Assembly: GCA_023129115.1 (NCBI GenBank)
Contig: JAGMCR010000009.1
Location: 1-64,000, forward strand
Source: Candidatus Iainarchaeum sp.
Lineage (GTDB): Archaea > B1Sed10-29 > WALL01
Reading direction: 5' to 3'
Length of the DNA: 64,000 nt
Shown here: positions 38,350 to 47,528 of the stretch, one piece after another
Position numbering within the stretch: the stretch's first letter is position 1
How the letters are laid out: each line of letters opens with the position of its first letter
Notes under the pieces: generated by a model
What the model was told of the DNA's origin: nothing
The model's input: only the letters and a program-made list of their open reading frames with translations
The model's database searches: none
Program-made: the position numbers and the translations under genes

Positions 38350-38804
38350 TGCTGTGCCTCCATCACGTACTCAGGCGCCTTTGAAATCGCCCACTTGGCC
38401 TGCTGGCGCGTCAGGCCGAGGAATACGCCGAATGCAATCAGTTGCTCGGGCGAGCGGAGCTCGAACTCGTCTTCCGCGCCGGAAGCAAGTATAATCCTGT
38501 TTTTCTTTTTGAGGCAGAGCTGAATCAACTTGCGGTAAGCCACAATCAAGCGAATTCTCTTGAATTTACTTGCGTTCAAAAACTGGCGGAAAGTGACTGC
38601 GATGGCTATGTCGTTGTCCTTCGCCACTTGCAAAGTGGCGGTGTCGATTGTCATCTTGCCGCTGTCCATGGGGTCGAGGAGGACCTGGGTGCGCGAGCGC
38701 GCGATTTTTTTGTTGGCTTCCTCGGTCCCGCCCTTCGTGGACTTCACGGGCTTCGCTGGCGAAAACCCTTCTTCTTTCCTGAAGGCGAACAAGTCGTAAT
38801 ACAC
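38346..38804 (-). CDS. rnp3: RNase P protein Rpp30 (short)
   Basis: YYDL.., ASGA...ELRSP; GTG start at 38804; position in superoperon. Confidence 0.82.
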   Translation of the reverse strand: MYYDLFAFRKEEGFSPAKPVKSTKGGTEEANKKIARSRTQVLLDPMDSGKMTIDTATLQVAKDNDIAIAVTFRQFLNASKFKRIRLIVAYRKLIQLCLKKKNRIILASGAEDEFELRSPEQLIAFGVFLGLTRQQAKWAISKAPEYVMEAQQ

Positions 38805-38874
38805 GCTGTTTAATGGGCAAAGGCGGCAATATAAAGGGGTACGCTTATAAAGCCCAGCACGCAGAATGGATGCT

Positions 38875-38934
38875 ACTCGCTTAGAGTGCCGTGAATGTGG
38901 GCGCAATGCCTGAACGCGGGGGAAGTGACCAATA
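38875..38934 (+). promoter_or_regulatory. Structured rpl15e 5' leader, candidate ribosomal leader
   Basis: TATA TTATAAA at 38845-38851; ACTC/GAGT hairpin then CCGTG/CGCGG plus GGGC/GCCT stem with internal loop. Confidence 0.4.
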
Positions 38935-39510
38935 ATGGGAGCTTATAAGTACATTCAAAAGACTATGCAGCAGGAGTACGCCAAGCGCGACGAGAACTAC
39001 AAGCAGAGGCTCATCGCGATGAGGCGCGAGCCGACCGTGACCCGGCTCGAGAAGCCGACCAACCTTGCCAGCGCCCGGAGCATCGGCTACAAGGCCAAGC
39101 AGGGCTTTGTGGTGGCGCGCGTCCGCGTCACGCGCGGGAGCGGGATGCAGACCCGCCCCAACAAGGGAAGGCGCCCGAAGCGCATGGGCGTGAACAAGCT
39201 CACGCGCGGCAAGAGCAAGCAGTCGATGGCTGAAGAGAAGGCACAGAGGAAGTTCAAGAACCTCGAGGTGCTGAACTCGTACTGGATTGCAGAAGACGGG
39301 CAGCACAAGTGGTTCGAGATAGTCATGGTCGACCCCTCGCACCCGAGCATCGCCAATGACCCCAAAGTGTCGTGGACCGCTAGCCAGCGCGGCAGGGTGT
39401 ACCGCGGAAAGACTTCTGCCGGCAGGAAAGGAAGGGGCATCACCAAGCGCGGCAAGGGCACGGAGAAGACCCGGCCGAGCATCAGGAGCAAAGAGAGGAA
39501 GGGGAAGTGA
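38935..39510 (+). CDS. rpl15e: 50S ribosomal protein L15e
   Basis: MGAYKY, GYKAKQG, VLNSYW, RG.TSAG.K.RG. Confidence 0.97.
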   Translation: MGAYKYIQKTMQQEYAKRDENYKQRLIAMRREPTVTRLEKPTNLASARSIGYKAKQGFVVARVRVTRGSGMQTRPNKGRRPKRMGVNKLTRGKSKQSMAEEKAQRKFKNLEVLNSYWIAEDGQHKWFEIVMVDPSHPSIANDPKVSWTASQRGRVYRGKTSAGRKGRGITKRGKGTEKTRPSIRSKERKGK

Positions 39511-39515
39511 TTTGA

Positions 39516-40058
39516 ATGGCAAAGAAGAGCAAAAGGCCGGCAAGCTGCTACAAGAAGCCGCCCAAGCACGCCTACACGCGGACAGCCAAAAAAGTTGTGA
39601 AGAAAGCGTTCGTGCGTGGTGTGCCCAACGTCACCATTTTCCACTTTGACATGGGGAGCTCGGGCAAGAAGTACAAGTACGTCGTGAAGCTCATTTCCAA
39701 GAACGCTGTCCAGGTCAGGCACAACGCGCTCGAGGCCACGAGGATTGTGGTGAACAGGACCCTCCAGAAGACCATCGGCCTGGAGAACTACCACTTCCAG
39801 ATAAGGATTTATCCCCACCACGTCATGAGGGAAAACGCGATTATCTCCGGGGCAGGGGCAGACCGGCTCCAGACCGGGATGAAGCACGCGTTCGGCAAGC
39901 CAATCGGCAAGGCGGCGCGCGTCAAGCGCAACCAGGCCATGATGACCATCAAGGTCAACACGAAAGCCAACACCGAGAAGGCGAGGCAGGCGTTCAAGAA
40001 AATCGTCGCCAAGCTGCCGACGGCGTGCGCAATCGTGGTGGAAGAGCTCAAGAAATGA
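39516..40058 (+). CDS. rpl10e: 50S ribosomal protein L10e/uL16
   Basis: RPASCY, RHNALEA, YPHHVMREN, GADRLQTGMKHAFGKP. Confidence 0.96.
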   Translation: MAKKSKRPASCYKKPPKHAYTRTAKKVVKKAFVRGVPNVTIFHFDMGSSGKKYKYVVKLISKNAVQVRHNALEATRIVVNRTLQKTIGLENYHFQIRIYPHHVMRENAIISGAGADRLQTGMKHAFGKPIGKAARVKRNQAMMTIKVNTKANTEKARQAFKKIVAKLPTACAIVVEELKK

Positions 40059-40942
40059 TTCCCGAAGAAGTCGTCAGGGAGCTGAAGGGAAAAAAGAACG
40101 CGCGCGTTCTGGTCCAGCTCCCCGAGGGCCTCAAGACAAAAGCAGTCGAGATTGCTGGTGAGCTGCGGCAAAAGGGCTTCGAGCCCATTGTTTCCGGGGA
40201 CCTGTGCTTCGGCGCCTGTGACCTGAAGACACTGAAGGGCGCGACGACGCTGCACGTCGGCCACTCCGAGTTCGTGAGGCAGGAAAATGTTGTCTACTGG
40301 GAATACGATTACGGCCAGGGCCTGGTCCCCGCGGCCGAGAAGGCATTGCCGCTGTTGGGGGAGCGGGTCGGATTGTTCACCACGGTGCAGCACCTCAAGA
40401 AGATTGGAGAGGCGAAAAAGTTTCTTGAGGGAAAAGGAAAAACCGTGCTCACCGCCGCAGGAAAAACGACGCGCGACTACCAGATACTCGGGTGCGACGC
40501 CGCGGGCGCGGTGAAGATAAAGGGCGGGGTCGACTCTTTCCTTTACATCGGCGGCGGAAGGTTCCACCCGATTGCGATTGCATATTACACTGGGAAGCCC
40601 GTGGTTGCAATTGACCCGTTTTCCCTCGAGCTGCAGGAAATCGATTCCGCGGTTTGGGAAAAAGACCGCGCGCTGCGGCAGACCAAGGCCATGAACGCAA
40701 GTAGTTACGGAATACTTGTTTCTTCCAAGCCCGGCCAGAAGAACTGGAACCTCGCGGAAACAATAAAGAAAAAGCTTGAGTCGGCTGGAAAGGAAACGCT
40801 CGTCATTTATCTTGAGAACATTACTCCAGACACTTTGCTGCCGTACGGCGTGGACGCCTTCGTTGTTACTGCGTGCCCCCGCATCGTTGTCGACGACTGG
40901 AAGAGCTACAAGAAGGCAGTGCTGCTCCCGGAGGAAGTGTAA
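40055..40942 (+). CDS. dph2: Diphthamide biosynthesis radical-SAM enzyme Dph2
   Basis: QLPEGLK, FGACD, ILGC, GRFH, ACPR. Confidence 0.94.
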   Translation: MIPEEVVRELKGKKNARVLVQLPEGLKTKAVEIAGELRQKGFEPIVSGDLCFGACDLKTLKGATTLHVGHSEFVRQENVVYWEYDYGQGLVPAAEKALPLLGERVGLFTTVQHLKKIGEAKKFLEGKGKTVLTAAGKTTRDYQILGCDAAGAVKIKGGVDSFLYIGGGRFHPIAIAYYTGKPVVAIDPFSLELQEIDSAVWEKDRALRQTKAMNASSYGILVSSKPGQKNWNLAETIKKKLESAGKETLVIYLENITPDTLLPYGVDAFVVTACPRIVVDDWKSYKKAVLLPEEV

Positions 40943-41796
40943 TGCTTGGCTGGTTCGGGTTCGCCGTCCTGGCGATGTCGCTCTACGCAATCCAGAACTT
41001 TCTCTCCAAGGGCGCGATGGAAAAGAAGTGCAACTCGGCCACTGTCATGTCCATCTTCTTCGCCACTGCGGGGCTGTTGGCCGCCGGGGCAATGCTCGTC
41101 ACGGGAGAGGCGTGGGCCAACAGCTGGACCGTGTTCCTCGCTTTGGCCGTCATCAACGGCTCCTGCTTTCTCATGGGCTCGATAGCCCGGCTTGAGGCGC
41201 TGAAGTACCTGCCGCTCATCATGGTCTATCCCATGAAAAAAATGGACGTCGCCATCATCGCTGTGGTGGGGCTGCTGTTTTTCGGCGAGGCCTTGTCGCT
41301 GGCCCAGGGCATTGGGGTGGTGCTGGCGATTGCGGTAATCTGGGTCCTCGCCATGGACAAAAAAGCCGAAAAGCCAAAGGACTTCAGGAAGGGAATCGTG
41401 CTGGTCGGGATTGCGATACTCTTTTTTACAGTTACCGATGTCGTGCTGAAGCCTGCCGCGAGCGAGGGGAGTATCTACATGTTCATTGTGGTGGCGTACG
41501 GCCTGATGCTTTTGCCGTCCCTCCTGCTGCAGAAGAGGCTTGGCAAGGACAGGAGCGCCTCGCTCGAGACGACGCTGAAGTGGGGCGTGGCGATTGGCGT
41601 GGTGAACTTTTTCGCGATTACTGCATTGCTCACGTCACTAATGGATGGGCCGCTGTCCATAGTGTTCCCGATTACTGCGCTCGCCGTCCCGCTCGCGGGG
41701 GCGCTGAGTGTTGTGTTCTACAAGGAAAAGCTCACGGTGAACCGCATCGTCGGGGTGCTGCTCGCGGTCGCCGTGCTCGTGCTGATGAGCATGTAG
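40942..41796 (+). CDS. EamA/DMT-family transporter
   Basis: 10 TM in two repeats (..FGE.L..; ..KE.L..). Confidence 0.88.
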   Translation: MLGWFGFAVLAMSLYAIQNFLSKGAMEKKCNSATVMSIFFATAGLLAAGAMLVTGEAWANSWTVFLALAVINGSCFLMGSIARLEALKYLPLIMVYPMKKMDVAIIAVVGLLFFGEALSLAQGIGVVLAIAVIWVLAMDKKAEKPKDFRKGIVLVGIAILFFTVTDVVLKPAASEGSIYMFIVVAYGLMLLPSLLLQKRLGKDRSASLETTLKWGVAIGVVNFFAITALLTSLMDGPLSIVFPITALAVPLAGALSVVFYKEKLTVNRIVGVLLAVAVLVLMSM

Positions 41797-41828
41797 TAAT
41801 TTAAACCGAGCCGCCCCTTTTTGTTTTC

Positions 41829-42305
41829 GTGAAAAAAGAAATCATCGCAGTGCTTGTGCTGCTGGCCATGGCATGGCTCAGCATGCCCCAGCTGGACCAC
41901 CACGTTGAGCCGTGGCTCGACACCGTGGTGCTTCCGGGCGAAGTCGAGGCAGCGCGCTGGGTGAAAAACAATGTCGACGGCCTGTTTCTCGCGGGAATCT
42001 TCGGCGGGGAGCTCGTAATGGGCATCGCAAGCCAGCCGTCGCTCGTCGGCGGCGACTGGGCCGCTAACATTAATTCGCCCAAGCAAATGAGCGACATGGA
42101 CGAGTTTTATAAGACGGATTCTGCGGATAAAGCAGAAGAAATCTGGCGCAACTACAACGCGAGCTACGCCTGGTTCCCGGCGCGCCAGGTCTACGCCGGC
42201 TACGGGTGGATAGGCGCCAACGAGGAAAAGATGAGTGACCCGCGGTTCGAGGTCGTGTACACAAACCCGGAGGTGAGGGTATACAAATTAAGCGAGAGCA
42301 CATAG
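41829..42305 (+). CDS. Membrane-anchored extracellular domain resembling the soluble C-terminal domain of GT-C/STT3-like proteins
   Basis: N-terminal anchor; E.EAARWVK.N; F.VVY.N..VRVY. Confidence 0.65.
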   Translation: MKKEIIAVLVLLAMAWLSMPQLDHHVEPWLDTVVLPGEVEAARWVKNNVDGLFLAGIFGGELVMGIASQPSLVGGDWAANINSPKQMSDMDEFYKTDSADKAEEIWRNYNASYAWFPARQVYAGYGWIGANEEKMSDPRFEVVYTNPEVRVYKLSEST

Positions 42306-43237
42306 CACTCGCCGCCGCAATGCTGTTCGGCATCTGGTACCGGCTTAAGGCGCTCGAGGGGCTGGTGCACCCGACGTACGGCAACACGATGTACCACACC
42401 GGCATCATCAGGGCAATCGTCGAGACCGGTTTTATGCCCGTGTATGACCTGTCGTACGGCGGGTTTACCAAGAGCTTTTACGTGCCGGCGTACCGGCTGT
42501 TCACAGCGTCGGTCTCGAGCCTTTCCGGCACCGACCCAATTGTCTCGGCGGGGCTGATGGTCGTCGCGCTCGGCGCAGTATCGATATGCGCAATTTACCT
42601 GCTCGGGAAGGAGTTCGGCGGGCCGTGGGCAGGGGCTTGCTGTGCAATACTGTTCGTGCTGTCGCCCGAATTAACGATATACACGATAAGGCCGTTCCCC
42701 GAAGTGCTTGGCGTGCCCATGCTCTTGCTGGCGCTTTACTTCGTGAAGAAGCAGGACCTCGGGATGGCCGTGCTTGCCTCGGTATTGACCGCACTCACGC
42801 ACCAAACCAGCGCGGCGGTCCTCGGCTCGGTGCTGCTCGTCTATTCCGTGCTGGCGAGGGACAAAAAAGCTGCGGTGGCATTGCTCTCGATGTTCGTGGC
42901 GTACTTTGCGTGGCAGCTCTACGCGCTCAACAGCCTAGACATATTTAGCATGAGGCAGATTGCTCTCAAGGAAAGCGGGAAAATCACGCTGATGCACGTC
43001 GAGCGGATTGGGTTGTTTGCATTGCTGGCCGCGCCAATCGGCGCGATAAAAGCGGTGAAGAAAAGGCATTGGCTGCTCGCGTCGTTCGCAATCGCGGCGC
43101 TGCTGCTGGCGAAGAACGAGTGGCTAGGCATCGGGATATTCAACGACCGGCTCTTTACTTTCCTCGCGCTTGCGGTCGTTGTGCTTGGGGGCGTCGGCCT
43201 CGCAGAGCTGGGGAAGATGTGGGGTGAGGCAAAGTGA
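42287..43237 (+). CDS. Multi-pass GT-C/PMT-like membrane protein (possible ATT start at 42287; first ATG at 42320)
   Basis: TM1 then luminal loop with YH..I..I..TG..P.YD..Y.P.Y; about 9 TM. Confidence 0.7.
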   Translation: MKREHIALAAAMLFGIWYRLKALEGLVHPTYGNTMYHTGIIRAIVETGFMPVYDLSYGGFTKSFYVPAYRLFTASVSSLSGTDPIVSAGLMVVALGAVSICAIYLLGKEFGGPWAGACCAILFVLSPELTIYTIRPFPEVLGVPMLLLALYFVKKQDLGMAVLASVLTALTHQTSAAVLGSVLLVYSVLARDKKAAVALLSMFVAYFAWQLYALNSLDIFSMRQIALKESGKITLMHVERIGLFALLAAPIGAIKAVKKRHWLLASFAIAALLLAKNEWLGIGIFNDRLFTFLALAVVVLGGVGLAELGKMWGEAK

Positions 43238-43491
43238 ACATTGGTGTGCTGGAGTTCGCCTCGTTCGCCGCGGCGTTCGCGTTTTTGTTCCTCGCGCCGG
43301 GTTATGCTTTACTGCGGAAGAAAAAATACGCGCTGCCGGAACTGGCCGCGAGGGCGTTTGCAATAAGCGCCGGAGTCGTGCTCGTGGAGAGCTTTTTGCT
43401 GGCGTCATTCGTCGGGCTGAGTGCTTTGTCGCTGGCGGTTGTGGTCGGGGCCACGGCTATGCTATTTTTCCGGTCTGCCAGTCCCGGATAA
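43234..43491 (+). CDS. Small 3-TM protein (F.PGY..E..A.S module)
   Basis: GTGA overlap with the upstream gene; hydrophobic. Confidence 0.7.
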   Translation: MNIGVLEFASFAAAFAFLFLAPGYALLRKKKYALPELAARAFAISAGVVLVESFLLASFVGLSALSLAVVVGATAMLFFRSASPG

Positions 43492-44161
43492 GGCGCTTTG
43501 CGGCGCGGTCAAGGTCGAGCTCTGCGCCCTTGCGCAGCATCATCCACTTGCCGGCAAGCTCTTCGAGCTGCTCGTAGGGCTCGTCGAACGGCTCGGCCGT
43601 GTAGGCCTTCGCGATTTTTTGGGGGCCAAGCGTTCTGATGAGCTTCATGGCTGCGCCGATTGGGTCCTTCAGCTTCGTGACGTCATAGGCGCCCTTGATG
43701 GCGAGCTTTGCCTCGTCCTCGTCGCGCGGGATTATGCCGGGCGAGTCGAGCAGGACCACGCGCTTCGTGACGCGGAGCCACTGCTTTCCGCGCGTGAAGC
43801 CTGGCTTGCTGGACGTCTTTGCCTTGCCGCCCAGCGCGTTTATTACGGTGCTTTTGCCGGTGTTGGCGTAGCCCACCAGCCCAGCTTTTATTTTTTCTTT
43901 GCCCGGGAGGCACAAGTGGATTAGCGAGCGGAGCTCGCGCGTGCCCTGGCGCTTCTTGGCGCTCATCAGGACGACGCGGCCGCTCGGGACTTTGGTCTCC
44001 TTCACGAGGTCCATTTTGTTGACGACGAGCAGGAGTACTTTGCCCTTGCGGCGGACGAGGCCCTCGAGCTTTCTCGAGCGCGTGCCCTCGACGTCCCTGG
44101 CGTCCACTACCTCGATTATTACGTCGCACTCGTCGATGACTTCGCGCACGTGGCGGTTCAT
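43457..44161 (-). CDS. Circularly permuted ribosome-biogenesis GTPase (RbgA/YlqF family)
   Basis: DARD, NKMD, SAK precede GYANTGKST, PGFT, DSPG. Confidence 0.92.
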   Translation of the reverse strand: MNRHVREVIDECDVIIEVVDARDVEGTRSRKLEGLVRRKGKVLLLVVNKMDLVKETKVPSGRVVLMSAKKRQGTRELRSLIHLCLPGKEKIKAGLVGYANTGKSTVINALGGKAKTSSKPGFTRGKQWLRVTKRVVLLDSPGIIPRDEDEAKLAIKGAYDVTKLKDPIGAAMKLIRTLGPQKIAKAYTAEPFDEPYEQLEELAGKWMMLRKGAELDLDRAAKRLIRDWQTGKIA

Positions 44162-44242
44162 GCGTTAGTTCACCACGGGGTGGAATAAAAGAGTAGGTGC
44201 CAATCAGCGACTGGGAGTTGCTGGGATAAACGGGGTTGAGAC

Positions 44243-45229
44243 TTACTCCTCAAGGAGCTTATTTACAAACTTAACGAGGAATTCTGAGGCTTGACGGGCT
44301 GTTTCACGGTTTTCTTTGTTTAACTTTTGGGCTCCAGCGTAGCCAAGCGAGCAACTGCTGCAGAAACAGCCACTCCGCTCCAGTCCATTGTAGTATTCCT
44401 CAACTTCTTTCGGCGTAAACTCTGATTGCTCTACCTTTGATGGCCGCGTGAGCACTTCCATAAACATATCCGCAGGCGGACACGGCGCTAAGTTCTCCGC
44501 GGGCTTTATCTCCAACGAGTCTTTTAGTGACTTCGCAACCTTGCGGTGTTCTTCTTTATCTGTAAGTAACTCAAACGGTGGCTTGTTTTCATCAAAAGAG
44601 AATCTAGGGTCCCCGTGAACATCAATGTAGTGTTCAGGCCTCATAAGGTAATACACGACGTGATGAATTTCAGGGCGGTCGTACCCCTCAGACGGGATGA
44701 TATTTTCTTTTATCAGCTCTTCCTCAGCCCGTGTCATCGCTTCCGCGTCTGGCTTAAGCCCAATCACTCCTTTTTCCACTAACTCTCTTGGCGTGGCACT
44801 CATTAGCCCTTTGTCCACCCATCTTTGGTATTTTTCTTCTGACTCACCATACCCCAACTGCTTCAGGACCTCGTCGGTCGGAACTGGCTTACTGTACTTG
44901 CGTGCTCTTGAATTGATTAATGCGTCTCTGTGGATATCACAAACACCGTTCAGCTCAATGAAACCCACTTCTTTTTTGTCCTCAAGATTCTTGCGTGCGA
45001 GCATAGCGGTAAGCTTACCAATTTTCTCATTAAGGTGAACGCCATACTGCAAGACTACCTTTTTGCCAGCTAAGCCAACGAGCTGACGAAGGATGTCTCG
45101 ATCCACTTCATTTTTGGGCTTACCCATCTCACCAATAATGAGCTTGCGTAGCTCCTTTGGCGTAGCTTCCTTTGGGAAACCAGGAAAACGCCCGCGCAAG
45201 AACTCTTGGTGTCTTTCTCCCTTGGCCAT
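44243..45229 (-). CDS. Orphan AT-richer protein with C-terminal CxCxxC
   Basis: 328-aa ORF, atypical codon usage, bracketed by degenerate 36-bp direct repeat. Confidence 0.75.
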   Translation of the reverse strand: MAKGERHQEFLRGRFPGFPKEATPKELRKLIIGEMGKPKNEVDRDILRQLVGLAGKKVVLQYGVHLNEKIGKLTAMLARKNLEDKKEVGFIELNGVCDIHRDALINSRARKYSKPVPTDEVLKQLGYGESEEKYQRWVDKGLMSATPRELVEKGVIGLKPDAEAMTRAEEELIKENIIPSEGYDRPEIHHVVYYLMRPEHYIDVHGDPRFSFDENKPPFELLTDKEEHRKVAKSLKDSLEIKPAENLAPCPPADMFMEVLTRPSKVEQSEFTPKEVEEYYNGLERSGCFCSSCSLGYAGAQKLNKENRETARQASEFLVKFVNKLLEE

Positions 45230-45260
45230 GCTACACTATTGTGCAGGTTGGAATAAAAGG

Positions 45261-45998
45261 TTAGATGCCAAGCAGTGGTTGGAACACTGGATACGGCTTT
45301 TTCGCTGTTGGGGGCTCCTTGCCTCCAGTGACGAGTGCGGGATAGTTTTCCATTAGTTCTTCCACGCCGCCGTCGGCGTAGTTCACTTCGTGGCCGATGC
45401 TCCACTCCTCAATGAGCGGGCTTTTTTCCCCGAGGATGTCGAGCGTGCAGCCGCGCTTCATCATCATCCACCCCGCGCGCTGTGCGTCTTTGGAGTCGTT
45501 CAAGAGCAAAAGCCTCCCGGAGGTGCCGAGCGGCAGGCCGCCGGGGCCGCGAATGGTTTCCGTGAATACATAGACTACGTCCTCGAAGACTTCCACGAAT
45601 ACTTCCTGGTCGGGCTTGGACAAGTTTACCTTGTTTCCCTTCGCCTCGACGACCGCGCTGCCGAGCTCCACCGCGATTTCCTGGCTTGTCTTGGGAAAGC
45701 CCTTGAACGGCCGGTTGACGCGCAGCGCGAAAGTTCCCTCGTGCACCAGGGGCACGACTGCTTTCTTCATTTCTTCGAGTGTTGGCTCGCACGTTGTCAC
45801 AGGGGAATAGGAAACGATGCCGAATATCTTTCCGATGGCCTCGCCGCTTTTGTCTTCGACAAGTATCCTGCCGCGGCGCCGCGTTATTTTCGCGCCGGGC
45901 ATTCCGGCCTGGAGGTTCGCGATTAGCCGCTGCTCGAATCGCTTCTTCACCGGCTCGGACTTCAGGAACAGCTCGCCGTAGCGGACGAGGAACAGCAT
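45261..45998 (-). CDS. THUMP-domain ThiI-like protein with degenerate PP-loop
   Basis: [29 protein letters not shown]; lacks SGGxDS. Confidence 0.85.
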   Translation of the reverse strand: MLFLVRYGELFLKSEPVKKRFEQRLIANLQAGMPGAKITRRRGRILVEDKSGEAIGKIFGIVSYSPVTTCEPTLEEMKKAVVPLVHEGTFALRVNRPFKGFPKTSQEIAVELGSAVVEAKGNKVNLSKPDQEVFVEVFEDVVYVFTETIRGPGGLPLGTSGRLLLLNDSKDAQRAGWMMMKRGCTLDILGEKSPLIEEWSIGHEVNYADGGVEELMENYPALVTGGKEPPTAKKPYPVFQPLLGI

Positions 45999-46063
45999 CG
46001 GTCTTGTTTTGGAGTCCGGGTTTTATAAAGTGGGGAGTCGATAAAGCCCCGCGAGGGATAACA

Positions 46064-46951
46064 ATGCCTAACACTAAACATGGGACACAGGGCCTGAAGC
46101 GCGGCTTCGCGAAAATGGTCAAGAACGGCGTGATAATGGACGTCACAACGCCGGAACAGGCAAAGCTCGCAGAAAAAGCGGGCGCAGTCGCAGTGATGGC
46201 GCTGGAAAAAGTCCCTGCGGACATCCGGGCCGCCGGGGGAGTGGCGAGGATGGCCGACCCCGCAATCGTGGGCAAGATAGTGAGGGCCGTCACGATTCCA
46301 GTAATGGCGAAGGCCCGGATTGGGCACCTGGCAGAGGCCCAGGTCCTGGAAACATGCGGCGTTGACATGATTGACGAAAGCGAGGTCCTGACCCCGGTGG
46401 ACGAAGAGCACATCGACAAGGCCAAGTTCACAATACCGTTTGTGTGCGGCGCGAGAAACCTGGGCGAGGCATTGAGGAGAATCAGCGAAGGCGCCGCCAT
46501 GATAAGGACCAAGGGCGAGCCCGGCACGGGCGACGTGGCAGAAGCGGTCAGGCACATGAAGCTGATGAACAAACAGATTGCCGCACTCAAGGGGAAGGGC
46601 GCGGCTTTCCTGAAGAAGAAGGCGAAGGAATACCGTGTGAGCGTAAGGCTGGTCAAGGAAGTGGCAAGGCTCCAGAGGCTCCCCGTCGTCAACTTTGCTG
46701 CCGGTGGGATTGCGACGCCTGCCGACGCGGCATTGATGATGCAGCTCGGCGCGGACGGCGTGTTTGTCGGCTCCGGAATCTTCAAGTCAAACAACCCACA
46801 GAAAATGGCGAAGGCAATCGTGGAAGCGACCATGAACTACAACCAGCCCGAAGTCGTTGCGCGGGTCTCAAGAAACCTTGGCGAGGCAATGAAGGGCACT
46901 GAGGCAAAGAAGCTTCAGGAAAGCGACAAGATGCAGGCCAGGAGCAGCTAG
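46064..46951 (+). CDS. pdxS: PLP synthase subunit PdxS
   Basis: [36 protein letters not shown]; ATG at 46064. Confidence 0.97.
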   Translation: MPNTKHGTQGLKRGFAKMVKNGVIMDVTTPEQAKLAEKAGAVAVMALEKVPADIRAAGGVARMADPAIVGKIVRAVTIPVMAKARIGHLAEAQVLETCGVDMIDESEVLTPVDEEHIDKAKFTIPFVCGARNLGEALRRISEGAAMIRTKGEPGTGDVAEAVRHMKLMNKQIAALKGKGAAFLKKKAKEYRVSVRLVKEVARLQRLPVVNFAAGGIATPADAALMMQLGADGVFVGSGIFKSNNPQKMAKAIVEATMNYNQPEVVARVSRNLGEAMKGTEAKKLQESDKMQARSS

Positions 46952-47527
46952 ATGCTTGTAGGTGTTCTGGCGGTCCAGGGCGCGATAGCAGAGCACGTGC
47001 AGGCGCTCGAGAAAGCGGGGGCTTCTGCCCTTAAGGTGGAGAACAGGCAGGCGCTCGAGCGGGTTGACGCGCTCGTGATACCCGGCGGGGAGAGCACCAC
47101 AATAGGCAGGCTCATCGGGGAGTATGGGCTATACACTGCAATCAGGAAAAGGGCAGCCGCGGGCATGCCGATAATGGGGACGTGCGCCGGGCTAATCCTG
47201 CTCGCGAAAGAGGGAGACAAGGACGTCCAGAGGACAAACCAAAAGCTGCTCGGGCTGATGGACACGAGGATAGCGAGGAACGCGTTCGGGGGGCAGCGCG
47301 AGTCTTTTGAGGCCATGCTAGAGATTCCCGTGATTGGCAGGAAGAAGTTCCGCGGGGTATTCATAAGGGCGCCCACGATAGAAAAGGCGGGCGAGGGAGT
47401 GGAAGTGATTTCCCGCTTCGAAGACAGGATTGTGGCGGCGCGGCAGGGCAGCCTGTTGGCGCTGTCGTTCCACCCAGAGCTCACCGCGGACACTAGGCTG
47501 CACAAATACTTTTTGGGAATGATTTAG
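46952..47527 (+). CDS. pdxT: PLP synthase glutaminase PdxT
   Basis: PGGEST, GTCAGLI, RNAFG.Q..SF, FHPEL. Confidence 0.97.
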   Translation: MLVGVLAVQGAIAEHVQALEKAGASALKVENRQALERVDALVIPGGESTTIGRLIGEYGLYTAIRKRAAAGMPIMGTCAGLILLAKEGDKDVQRTNQKLLGLMDTRIARNAFGGQRESFEAMLEIPVIGRKKFRGVFIRAPTIEKAGEGVEVISRFEDRIVAARQGSLLALSFHPELTADTRLHKYFLGMI

Positions 47528-47528
47528 G

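Noticed and set aside
46032-46050. GGGGAGTCG...GCCCC upstream of pdxS as another hairpin copy
   Set aside because: Only a 4-bp stem; could be a remnant but is not distinguishable from chance.
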